64,000 bases of DNA, taken from assembly GCA_964016885.1 (NCBI GenBank), contig OZ024742.1:48422001-48486000 (forward strand). The letters run 5' to 3'. Shown here piece by piece: positions 1 through 12,146 of this stretch; position 1 is the stretch's first letter, and every line of letters starts with the position of its first letter. Position numbers and translations under genes: made by a program. Below the pieces are notes generated by a model. That model was not told where the DNA came from, ran no database searches, and saw only the letters and a program-made list of their open reading frames with translations. Origin of the DNA: Eledone cirrhosa (lineage: Eukaryota).

Positions 1-431
1 AATAACACTAATAACAAAAATAACACCATTAAAAATATAGATCATTATTAACAACCTGAGATGGAGTGACAGAAAAGATAAGAACTACAAAAACATAGAC
101 TAAAGGAACAAAAGAGGTGACAGTAGTAGAGTAGAATAGAAAGCGATACATTATAACGAGATGTGAGAAATGAAAGTGAAAGTAGCATATAATGACAATG
201 ATGTTTTCTTAGGGTATGCTGTAATAATGTAATAACTTCTTGTTAGTGCAAACATTGCAGGAGGTGGTAAGAATAATAATAATGAAAACAGGAACAGAAT
301 CAACAATACTGAAATTTCGACAGGAAACATCTGTTCTTACATTTCTTACATTCTTGCATTCATATTTATAAAGGGAATGGTTAATATATATCAATCTAAG
401 ACATGAAGTATTATGGCTTCGCAGGTAAGAA

Positions 432-434
<3 letters not shown>

Positions 435-504
<70 letters not shown>
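435..504. repeat. (TA)n microsatellite abutting the 3' end of a Penelope-like element
   Basis: About 35 TA units read directly. Confidence 0.97.
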
Positions 505-508
<4 letters not shown>

Positions 509-577
509 GTGGAACACTGGAAGGTAATATCTGTAGTGGTAGAGTTAGGTAGAAGTGGTTACACAGCAGTTAGTTCA

Positions 578-627
578 CCATACCGAGAACAATTGTTTCA
601 CCTTAGCGGATCCTCAGCACGGAATGG
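578..627 (-). ncRNA. Minimal type I hammerhead ribozyme in PLE 3' repeat
   Basis: Reverse complement: CCAUUCCGUG CUGAGGA U CC GCUAA GG U GAAAC AAUU GUU CUCGGUAUGG; core boxes, stem I and palindromic stem III (AACAAUUGUU). Confidence 0.78.
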
Positions 628-784
628 GCATGGTTATAGGAACAGGAGGGACAACTGTACGAACGCGCATGCTCAGAAACCCAGTCACATCACACAGGCA
701 ATACTAGAACGCGTGCGAGAAGTGTAAGGGAGATAACTGCGAAAGTCCGAAAAGTTTTTAGTTGAAAAATAAAATTACAATGAA

Positions 785-2550
785 TCAGTCCAGGGACTTG
801 TAGTTGTGCATTAGGTGTTTGGCTACGTGTGGACAACGTGTGAAACATTCATTCCTCGTGTTTAGGCAATCACTATTGCGTAATCTCTTTACAATAGTTA
901 TTCGTTCGTCAATACATAGTCCACACGACGGATTCCCCCCCCCCCCCCTTGCGTATGGCTTGGACTTAGTGATTGCTTTCCATTGAATGGAGTAGTCTAT
1001 ACATGAGTCCTTGAGGGACCATACGTGGCTCGTGAGTTTCGTGGATGAACGTCTGTCCGGGTACCTGAAGGTAGACTGGTGGTTCAGGAAACGTTCCTTA
1101 AATCGGCCCTCCGCCATGCCCACATAGGATTTGACTTCCTGTTGTTCGTTTGGTCTGTTGGAAGTGACCACAGCTTCTTAAATTTCAGCTGGTGTATTGC
1201 ATTGCAGTTGAAGGGGGCAATCGTCAGGCTTACGGAAAGAGCACCCTGGAGGGGTATTGGTCCTAGGACTGCTGGTGATGTGGGCCTTCATGTTATTAGC
1301 GCAGGAGTATCCTAGTTTTACTTTGTGTCGGTTAAAGATGGAGCGGTATTTAGGACCTATGGGAAAGTGTCTATTTAAGAGGGCTAGACATTTTATTCTT
1401 ACATTGGTTTTAACGTTGAGTGAGAAGGGAGGAGAGAACCAGATAGGTTGTCTATTGTTGCGCTTACTTTTCCTAATGGTGTTGTCGCTAGTTTGAGAGT
1501 AAATGATAGTATGTGAGAAGCCACTGTTAGCCAACGCCGTGTTATAGTAGGGTGCTGCCCTGTCAAAGACAGCATTATTATGTTTTCTAAAAACAGTGGG
1601 AGGGTAGCATTAGTCCTTGTGAATGCAATTGAGTTTCTCGTTTAGCTTATGGAAGGGTCTGTGGGTGTGTGTGCGAAGGTCTAAATTAATGTCTAAGAAA
1701 TCTACACTAGATAGGTTGGTGGCTACTGTTATCCTAAGCCCTAACTCTTTGAAAGTAGAAGCTAAGTCTTTTTTAAACCGGTCGAGGTTGTTACCCCTTT
1801 TATGGCTCGATAAAGTCAATCCATCGTCGCCGTATATTCCCGTGTGGAAGTCCGGGAATGTAACACGTAATATGTCTGAGATAAATAGGCCAACGAAGTC
1901 ACATACGTCAGCACTGTCAAACGATCCCATGGGGACGTCGAATAGGTCTGAAGTTGTAGACTTCTTTGACCAGGCTACTTCGTTGTTGAGGAGGAGGGTT
2001 TTACGGCAGTGAGCGATGATTTCCCTGTCTAAACCATCGACGGTGGTATAAGTGGTAGCGAAGTTCAACGCTTTGTTTAATAGGGTCTCTGAGATCGACG
2101 GGTAAAAATCGACAATGTCAAACTGTATGAACTTCGCCTTTGGGGATTTTAAAGAATTAAACGACTTAATTACGGAGTCGCTGTTCTCCCTCTGGGGCAG
2201 GTTGGACTTTGTCCTAATAGTCTTAACTATTTTTCTAAGTATGGCCTTACTGATTAGTCCCATATCTGTGCGTGCCGGGTTTATTAGTCTACACGTGGGG
2301 TTAGAAATAAAGTCTACCTTGTGATCTTTCAGGGTGAGGAACGCCTCCCGCTTAGCTAGAGATTGTAGCTTCTTATCTACCTTAAGGTCGGCGGCAAGTT
2401 CCTTGGCTTCTGTATTAATGTCCTGGTAGGCTATAGGGTTAGCTTTCTTATATTTAGAAGTAATAGGGTTATGGGCCAGGTGGCGGAAGCTGGTGTTGTC
2501 GACTTCGTAAATATTATTAGTTTTGTCAGAAAGAACGAAGACCTAAATTT
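785..2550 (-). pseudogene. Disrupted PLE reverse transcriptase/GIY-YIG endonuclease ORF
   Basis: ORF pieces 1610-2263 (extendable upstream to ~2550), 1178-1534 and 785-1171, separated by stops/indels. Confidence 0.88.
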
Positions 2551-3106
2551 CCATGTGGGCATGGCGGAGAGCCGATTTAAGGAACGTTTACTGAACCACC
2601 AGTCTACCTTCAGGTACCCGGAGAGACGTTCATCCACGAAACTCGCGAGCCATGTATGGTCCCTCAAGGACTCAAGTATAGCCTATATTCAATGGAAAGC
2701 CATCACTATGTCCAAGCCATATGCAAGGGGAAATCCGACGTGTGGCTTATGTATTGACGAACGAATTATTCTAAAGAGATTACGCAATAGTGATTGCCTA
2801 AACACGAGAACTGAATTTTTCACACGTTGTCCACACGTCGCCAAACACCTATTGCATAACTACAATGCTCCGGATTCTTTGTAATTTTATTTTTCAACTA
2901 AAAACTTTTCGGCTTTCGCAGTTATCTCCCTTACACCTCTTGCACGCATTCTAGTATTGCCTGTGTGATATGACCGGGTTTCTGCGGATGCGCGTTCGTA
3001 CGGTTGTCCTTCCTGTTCCTATAACCATGCCCATTCCGAGCTGAGGATCCGCTAAGGTGAAACAATTGTTCTCGGTATGGTGAACTAACTGTTGTGTAAC
3101 CACTTC

Positions 3107-3108
<2 letters not shown>
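2551..3108 (+). mobile_element. Inverted copy of the PLE 3' end (GIY-YIG + pseudo-LTR)
   Basis: Reverse-complement match to ~551-1130; ORF 2471-2884 repeats VGMAESRFKERL..CGLCIDER..RCPH. Confidence 0.9.
3031..3080 (+). ncRNA. Minimal type I hammerhead ribozyme
   Basis: CCAUUCCGAG CUGAGGA UCCGCUAAGGU GAAAC AAUU GUU CUCGGUAUGG; stem I pairs at 9 of 10 positions. Confidence 0.82.
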
Positions 3109-3149
<41 letters not shown>

Positions 3150-3154
3150 CGTGC

Positions 3155-3206
<52 letters not shown>
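3107..3206. repeat. (TA)n/(GA)n compound microsatellite
   Basis: Read directly; follows the PLE 3' end. Confidence 0.95.
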
Positions 3207-3210
<4 letters not shown>

Positions 3211-4096
3211 AGCAGTAATCGGTTTCAGTTAGTACAATTTGTGTGACTTAGAAATGTCAGTCTTCAATCATCATTGCGAAAATTGGGAATTCACGTGATT
3301 TAGTAATACAAATATCATAAATAAACATATCTATATATGTGTCTGCCTGTCTCTCTACCTATCTATTTATCCGCCTTCTTATCTTATATTTGGATATAGT
3401 TGTTCCAGGTTTATAGCGTTTATGAGTTTGTTCTGGTACTGATGGATTTGCACCTGTTATTGTCGAAGAGTTGTAGAGAACCATGTCATAATATTTCCGA
3501 ACCTTTCTATGGATCTAACATTACATCGATCTAAATGAAGAACACGTGAAATCTATGCACTACAACAAACCAGAAAAAAAACAAAATAATAATAATGAAG
3601 TAAATACACCATTTAGTTAAGAAATAAGCGAAATGAATCCTTGCCGAAAAATATAAACATGATTTAAGAAAATACGATAACAAAAGAATCCGCAAATGGT
3701 ATAAACCTCAGTGTCATTATGTAGATAAAATAAAATTCGATATACGCATGAATGCAAAACATAAGATTAAATAAAATCTACACAAACCTATATCTATAAA
3801 AAGTTTCAAACACGTAATGAAAATAAATGAAGGAAATCACGACTTACCTATTCTAAGTATGCAATCGTTCTTCAAGACGAACGCAGAGAAAATGATAAAA
3901 TAAAGACAAAGGCACTTAAATTCCAAGCTATACGCTTTTCAATGTAAACTGAAACTCAGCCACAACTTTTCCAGAACCTCTCTGAAATAAGATTCTACTA
4001 CCATAAAGTCCTATGCGGTGTTTCTGAATATTATATAGACATATACATGTGTATATATTCTTTTGTTTGAGCTGTTTGGCTTGCTTCGTTTTTTTT

Positions 4097-4133
4097 CTGA
4101 AGATTTCTAATAAGAATGAAACGCGTAGGTTAC
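4097..4133 (+). ncRNA. Hammerhead core of first array unit, lacking the 5' strand of stem I
   Basis: CUGAAGA..GAAACGCGUA GGUUAC preceded by a T run instead of GTAATC. Confidence 0.6.
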
Positions 4134-4400
4134 TTCCCTTGCTTTTATCGAGAATCTAATTGTAATACGTGACGTATTCTATTCTATAGCGATTAGGTCT
4201 TCAAAATGTTTATTATAAACATACAGAATATTTTCGAATATTCTATGTCTATCTTCACATATATATCGCTATTTCAGAGCATTTAATCCAATTTCTAATT
4301 TCTGCCGGACCGGCAACCGCTCTTTCAAACCAGTTCCTGTACACAGCTAAGTATTCTATAAGTCTCTAGCTGTGTCATTCTCGATAAAAGCACTGGATAT

Positions 4401-4443
4401 GTAATCCTGAAGATTTCTAATAAGAATGAAACGCGTAGGTTAC
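4401..4443 (+). ncRNA. Minimal type I hammerhead ribozyme (unit 2)
   Basis: GUAAUC CUGAAGA U UUCU AAUA AGAA U GAAA CGCG UA GGUUAC; 6-bp stem I with one G-U; GUA triplet, predicted cut after 4437. Confidence 0.85.
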
Positions 4444-4710
4444 TTCCCTTGCTTTTATCGAGAATCTAATTGTAATACGTGACGTATTCTATTCTATAGC
4501 GATTAGGTCTTCAAAATGTTTATTATAAACATACAGAATATTTTCGAATATTCTATGTCTATCTTCACATATATATCGCTATTTCAGAGCATTTAATCCA
4601 ATTTCTAATTTCTGCCGGACCGGCAACCGCTCTTTCAAACCAGTTCCTGTACACAGCTAAGTATTCTATAAGTCTCTAGCTGTGTCATTCTCGATAAAAG
4701 CACTGGATAT

Positions 4711-4753
4711 GTAATCCTGAAGATTTCTAATAAGAATGAAACGCGTAGGTTAC
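4711..4753 (+). ncRNA. Minimal type I hammerhead ribozyme (unit 3)
   Basis: Same sequence as 4401-4443; predicted cut after 4747. Confidence 0.85.
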
Positions 4754-4904
4754 TTCCCTTGCTTTTATCGAGAATCTAATTGTAATACGTGACGTATTCT
4801 ATTCTATAGCGATTAGGTCTTCAAAATGTTTATTATAAACATACAGAATATTTTCGAATATTCTATGTCTATCTTCACATATATATCGCTATTTCAGAGC
4901 ATTT

Positions 4905-4937
<33 letters not shown>

Positions 4938-5252
4938 ACATTTTGATTAATACGTAAAATTATTAATCATATTTTCTGACAAATGCGCAGATACAAAAAT
5001 GTGCTAAATATAACGACCGTTAGAAACTTAAGCCAACTCTACAAATTTAAAATTCAAAAATGTTCATTAGGAGCAGTAATACAATATTTCAAGAGTATGA
5101 ATTGTCAAGAAAAAATGTATCTAAGTACTATGAGCATACTCATATATAGCTGCAGTACCATAAGAAGGTCTGAAAGTATTTGAATGGACAGACATAACGA
5201 TGTTAAAAGATCGATTCTTCCTTTCCATATATACATACATACAGACACCCAC

Positions 5253-5368
<116 letters not shown>

Positions 5369-6881
5369 ATTAAGGGTCTTAGAGACATGCGCCATATCCA
5401 CTGCAGAATAAGCTCAAAGATTCCAATGATTCCGGGATGTGACTACTGTGATTTACCGATTAATTGGTGAAATATATTTTTATTTAAAGAAATATATACA
5501 AAGGAGATTAATAATTTACAAAGGTATCTATATTTGAAGTTCTAGTTAAATTTTAATTAGGTACCTACCTAGCTATGTGTGCTAACACAGTTAATAAATT
5601 ATTCCCTGTGATTATTTCATATGTTAATTTTATATATATATATATACGTCAATCTATTTCTAGTTGATATATATATATATATATATGAAAAGATTCAGTA
5701 CCCTGACGGTTGAGCCCCGACTGTTTCGATAGCTAGATCCGAACTAACGAGATTATTCGAGCGGCAGGAATCTAGATGAACTCCCCAAGGGTATAATCCA
5801 TATATGGGCAGACAGTCTAAGCTAAACAATTTAAAAATACCTCTCGTCTTTTAGTTTTATATTTTTCCTCCGGGAATGGTCATTGATCGTGAGGCTGATT
5901 TAGTCCTGCTAAATGTCTTGAATTGTCTAGTTTTATTACACTCATGGCGGCAAGGAAAGGGGCTAGACAGGATGAAAGCAATAAGAAATAGGTGACTAAG
6001 CCTATTGGCCTGAAGATGTAAAGCTGGTGAGTTGCACACACACGCTATTAAGAGAGAATTCTACCTCATTAAATATTTCTAATCTGTAAAAATGGCATTG
6101 TACTTAACTACATTAGGTTCTATAAGAATAAACAACGAGAGAAATATTAATTTCGGCGTATTCAAGCCAAAAGGAATTGCGTGGTGTGTCTGTTTGTTAA
6201 ATTGCTGTTTATAATTATCATTATAATTATTTCCACGGTTCTCCATGCAATCGAGATGTCCTTCATGCACTTGCTGTTGATTATGAGAACGGTATCCTCA
6301 GATGAAAATCGATATATTTTATATGTCGCTGGCAGGAAAAAATACACGTCCTAATGCCTGTGGGCCCAGCATGCTAGAAACACTATCAATGAAAAAGACG
6401 AAAAGAACGAAGAACAGTGTGTAGCCAAAACCCAGTAGACAGTGGAAGCAGTAAATGGAGCTCTGAGGGAGGGTGGGGTATATATTTTGTTGACAACCAC
6501 CTATAGACAACAACTACAACAACGTCAACGACAACAACTATAACGACAATAACAGCAAACCGCCGACCAATATTGTCCACAATGTCCGCAATATTCGGAA
6601 TGATACCACCACCCTAATGACAACATCAACTAAAGCAACAGCTACAGTAAACACTTATAACAACAACAACAGCAACAATGACAACAACAGCAAAGACACT
6701 GACCAGCGTCGTGTATACAGGCCGCAGCAGTCGCAGTGACGGTATCACCTTGTCGACAATAACAACGATAGCGCCAAACAATAAAAAGGAGTTCAGATGT
6801 AGGTGGGTTCACAGAGTTGGTGGTATCAATCACCATGACCATATATATATATATATATATGAAAAAGAAGAATTAGTTATA

Positions 6882-6918
6882 TCCTCGACGTATCGGGCAT
6901 TGCCCTTCATCAGGAAAA
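6882..6918 (-). ncRNA. Hammerhead-like motif with mutated core (GAUA for GAAA)
   Basis: Reverse complement: UUUUC CUGAUGA A GGGC AAU GCCC GAUAC GUC GAGGA; ~20 nt from a (TA)n tract. Confidence 0.6.
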
Positions 6919-7360
6919 ACACAAAAAATGTAAATTGCAAAGCCATTACAGTTAAAAAACAAAAAATTATTAAAATAACGTTCGAATGAAAATTAAAAAG
7001 TAAGAATATAAAAAGTAGAGCGGGAGGATGGGAAAGAGTGCTGCCTTGGAGGTGGTCATGGGTGCTGATGTGGGTGTCACAATGAAGGTAGGAGACGTCC
7101 AGTGTGTGTGTTGTTGGGGTTTATATTAAGATGCGTTTGTGCGCGCCTGGGATTTAATTGTGTTGTTGGTGCAGGTGTGTGTTGCTGCGACCGCACGCGC
7201 AGGCATGGACGCGTGCACGAACACATGCGTGCGACAAGTACTTATTTGTGAACGTGTGTATGTTAATATGTGTGTTTGGCAGCGATGTGTAGTATTGTGA
7301 GGTTGCATTTGTAGGTGCATGCGTGTGTATGTGTGCTCATGTGTGCGCGTATGTAGTTGG

Positions 7361-7404
<44 letters not shown>

Positions 7405-7562
7405 CACACACGCATGTATATATATATATGTAAATGTATATATGCATTATATATATAAAGAAATATATATATGTATGTATATATATATATATTTTATTTT
7501 CTAAGGTAAACATTGATGCAATTAAATTGAACCACTCAACGTAAGAATGACGGAGTATATCT

Positions 7563-7971
7563 AATAAGAAAATGTGAAGTAGTTTCAGATGTTACAATCC
7601 TTTATTGATAAGACCGTGATACATACTTCAATGACGCGCATCGTGTAGACACTGCAATAATCTCATCAGACAATATCTTATATAAAATGGTTACGTTCCC
7701 CAAGTAATCAAAGTTGAAGCGAAAATGTAACGGACAAAGGTGATGTTCTTCAAGCTTTCGCACAAGGGAACGGGCGATGGTTTGAAGAATATTTCTTGTC
7801 GGTTCAATTTGGATTGCCTCGGGAACGTAACCTTTTAATGTAAGAAGCTGTCTTATGAGATCATGGCATTGGGTACGCGGAGTCGCGTAGCCACTGTCGT
7901 CATTGAAATATATATCAAGGCTTTATCATTAACAGATTGTAACATCTGAAACAACTTCGCATTTCCTTATT
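7563..7971. repeat. Imperfect ~410-bp foldback (MITE-like)
   Basis: AATAAGAAAATGTGAAGTAGTTTCAGATGTTACAATC pairs with GATTGTAACATCTGAAACAACTTCGCATTTCCTTATT; inner GGTTACGTTCCC/GGGAACGTAACC and TTCTTCAA/TTGAAGAA also pair. Confidence 0.85.
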
Positions 7972-8409
<438 letters not shown>

Positions 8410-8825
8410 TGGAGAGAGAGTGAGAAAGTGTGTATGCCATTGACAAAGAAAATTTGAAAGCAAGTAAAGGAACTTTCATAATGATGGCAAATTCAGATTC
8501 TTAATTTCAATAAAGCTGTTTCAGTTTGTAAGAACAATACTGCCAAATAGCAAATAAATGACACCATTATGACAAACTAACACCTTATAAGTATGAATTT
8601 CTCTTTATAAACGCATTAGAAACGACTAACTATTATAAATACAAAACGAATAACTATCATAGATACAGAATGTACACGCACAGAGTGAGGATGTTATAAT
8701 ATAAGGATACAGCAGGCCAAGAAAATGGATAGGAGTAGCAGCATGCTTAGTCTAAAAGGAAAGAATCCTCTATATATACATATGTATATGTATATTTATG
8801 TATATGCATGTATTTATATATAAGG

Positions 8826-8869
8826 ACCGTCCTGAGGAAGACCAGTCAAGTCTGAAATGCATAGACAGT
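8826..8869 (+). ncRNA. Minimal type I hammerhead ribozyme
   Basis: ACCGUC CUGAGGA AGAC CAGUCAA GUCU GAAA UGCA UA GACAGU; 4-bp stem II, palindromic stem III, AUA triplet, stem I 5/6. Confidence 0.78.
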
Positions 8870-9499
8870 TGTGCCCCAGCTTTTGCTGGACACCACCAGA
8901 TGACGTTAGCCCCGGTGTTTGCTTAGCTACGGTTTCCTAAAACCGCGTTTCTTTAGAAACACGAAATTTCTATACATATTTGTTTACAGCTATGCCTGAA
9001 GCTAAATCGCATTTCTGTTCTATATATATACTTCACACGATAGAAGAAAACATAACGATAGACAATAAATAATAATAATATAAGTTGGAGCTTAAATATT
9101 TATTACTTCCTTCTAAAATTAAATAATATTATTTAATAATTATATCATCAATCAAATGCTCGGTGTGAAATGTGATACCCTACCAGACATTGGACACTGG
9201 TAAAGGAGAGGGGGGTAATGCAACAGCAAATAACTAGAAACTCTGTTCAAACTACGTGCATTCTTTTCCTTCACCTGAAAACCTTTCGAATAATTGCACT
9301 TAAAGATATCGTATATCAGTAAATCTTCAAAGCATTGTCAAATTTCAAGAGGATTATTTTTCCAGATTGTTGGTGGTTTGTCGAATTCCCTTCACATTTC
9401 CTCTAGAAAAGCTCTTACTTATATTAAACTGCTATCCATCTGCATGTCAATTTTATATATTCATCTATATATCTATATGTATCTCTCCCTATATATCTT

Positions 9500-9685
<186 letters not shown>

Positions 9686-10489
9686 TGCACATTCCTAACA
9701 TTAAAATTATTTTTGTGTGCATATTGTATGTCCTTGTATGTATTCTCCTGTGTATGTATATATTCATTTGTTGGTTTAGAAGTGTATGTTAACGTGCGAG
9801 CTTCAAAATGGAAATTTTTCAATTGATGTGATGTGATTAGATATCCAAACAATTTTACACAGAAATTTTTCCTTTGAATTTTTTATTTATTTTGTCTTTC
9901 ATTTCTTTTTCTCTTGTAATTAACATCCATGAATGAGTATGAGTAAATACTTTTTTTTTATATTAATCTCACATTCTAGCCTGGTAACCCTCAGCATTAA
10001 CGCCTACTTATATTACTGAATATAAATTTTACGGGCATTGCTTCTCGGAGAACAGACGTCACAACCTTAGAAATTCACAGTGATTCTCAGAACTTTAGTT
10101 TATCAGTGTTTTTTCTGGTCTATAGAATCACACACCCACTATATTACCGACTATGAGATGGATGCTCTTATTAAAAAAAAAAACTATTCATGATATCCTA
10201 TTTCTATCATGCGATTACCTTGGCTGGGATGAATTTGGACATAATCTTTCCCGGTAGAGCTAACCGAGAACTACACAATAACAACAATGACATCGATGTC
10301 AACAACAAGTAAAACAATAATTGGTGCCTATTTAAAGACACCAATATTACTTCAACTCTGAACTTTCATGACTAACATTCCAATTTTTTAAGCAAATATA
10401 TTCTGAAATGAAATGCATCAAAGCTAATCAGAAAATAAGTTGGGATCGCTGCTTTACATTTTTTGCCTTTTCTCTAAAGATTTGGGCGT

Positions 10490-10592
10490 AGTTATTTGAC
10501 TGGTACTGTATTTTATCGACTCATTAGGATGATAGGTAACTTTGACCTCTCTCGGATATGTATTCAGTATGTAAAGCACTGGAATTACTAGA
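10490..10592 (-). mobile_element. Degenerate SINE fragment (family of 45647-45893)
   Basis: TGACTGGTACT..TTTTATCGAC..GGATGATAGGTAACTTTGACCTC matches the reverse complement of the SINE body. Confidence 0.65.
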
Positions 10593-12146
10593 AAAAGTAT
10601 TAAAGAAATATATATTTATGGAGGTGTATAATATTCTACACATCAACTACATCTATGCTATGTATATTAAAATAACTGTAATTTCCACCTAGCAAAGTTT
10701 CATATTTTATGATACTTTTAATGTAAATGGGTAATTTGCGCATACTTAATTTGTGTTGTCTCGTAATGTATATACAAAGAAAGCGCGAAATTGTATTGTT
10801 GTTGTTTTTGTTGTTATTGATGATTGTTTTATTTTATCTTTCTAATTTTGTAACTAGGTTCACATATATTGTGACACCATTTCTCCAGCGCTGAAATATT
10901 AAATTATTTAAGTTTCATTCATGGAAAAAATATATTTTGATTTCCTATAGGATTTCATTTAACTTCGGTTATAGTTATAGATTAAATGTTTGTTGACGTT
11001 TTTGTGTTGTTAATGTTTGTTTTGACGTCAGAATATAAATCTAAAATATAGTTCCACAGAAATTATGAACCATCTATAATACACAAATATAATATTCTAA
11101 AACATTTAATTTATACATAGACGCCGTGCACATACACAGACGAACATACACGAACATACACACACATACATATACACGCAGGCACACACACGCACACACT
11201 CACACACACACACATACACACACACATTCCCAAATATATATATGTATTCAAATTGGAGTGCGCAAGGACAATGACAATGGAAAAATCAACCCGATAACGG
11301 ACAGTCACATATACGAGAGGGTGCTGGACAGTTCCTGGCTTCAATTAAAGAAAATACAGGCGTTTCAGATTAATTATGATCTTATTCAACACATTCCCCT
11401 GTCAGATTCACACTTTTATTGCAGCGGTCATTCAATTTTTCTAAGTCCTCTAAAAAGTCCTCAGAGGGCTAGGCCTAAAACCAAGCCTCCGTTGCAACAA
11501 TTAAGTCAGGAATATGTGTATAATTATCAAAAATACCTTTGAATTAACTTTTTTGAAAGGCTATTACAACTATTCTTTTAAAAACGTTTCTTTTTACAGG
11601 GATTTTCTTTTTGAAATGTGTGTTTTTTAAGGTATTGTGAGGGTGTGTTTTTCTGAAACTTTCTGTTAAATGTTTTTCCATTTTTTTAAAAATTATTTAT
11701 AAGTATTCACTGCACATTCAATATCTACTGTGATCGTCGCATATAATACAGTTGCGGGTGTGTACGTGATCGCTGTGAGTGTATAAGTGCCCGTCTTTAT
11801 CACGCCTGCGCCAAACATGGACATGGGTAAGGGCGACTACAAATTGACAGTGCGGCGACAGGGCGCGAGCGATTCAATCATACAACCCCTTCCTTCCAAC
11901 ACTAGTAATTCCGATTTAAGAAACAACTTTGATTGACAGTTGGCGAATGAAAGGAACCAAATATAGGACGGCCATGAGTGGCCGAAAATACAGATGATGT
12001 GTACAATTCTTGACCACTCATAGAATGAAAACAACAGGATCTAGGCTGCCGACCGAAGGTAGCGGGTGTAACTGAACATTTAGAAATTCTGCTTCATAGA
12101 ATCGACACGTATTTGACGATCTTGCGATTTCAGATTCAGGTTCGAT

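Larger units (their letters stand above)
505..2550 (-). mobile_element. Penelope-like retroelement (PLE), 5'-truncated, probably Naiad-type
   Basis: Minus-strand RT (DKTNNIY, LKDHK..NPTCRLINP, QFDIVDFYPSI, VPMGSFDS, YGDD, VDFLDINLDL), linker (IWFSPPFS..KLGYSC, C..C..C), GIY-YIG (SYVGMAEGRFKERF, CGLC..LNTR..RCPH), then a 3' region with a hammerhead motif. Confidence 0.9.
4097..4912 (+). mobile_element. 310-bp tandem repeat (~2.6 copies), one hammerhead per unit; retrozyme-like
   Basis: CTGAAGATTTCTAATAAG recurs at 4097, 4407 and 4717; copies look identical; array ends in (TA)n. Confidence 0.85.

Noticed and set aside
2884-3030. SECIS element / selenocysteine use, reported for some Naiad PLEs
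   Set aside because: The visible Cys positions use normal codons, and the ATGAC..GGAT segment is too short and lacks the apical AA of a SECIS.
3848-3948. Minus-strand exon-like segment (TTTCAG..GTAAGT)
   Set aside because: Stops in all three frames; could be a UTR exon but nothing else supports it.
4097-4912. CRISPR array interpretation of the tandem repeat
   Set aside because: Whole 310-bp units repeat with no unique spacers, no cas genes, eukaryotic context.
10229-10270. Short minus-strand exon-like segment ending AAG/GTAATC
   Set aside because: Weak acceptor, very short, no recognisable peptide.
11430-11470. CUGAGGA..GAAA on the minus strand
   Set aside because: No convincing stem II or stem I and no NUH triplet in position.
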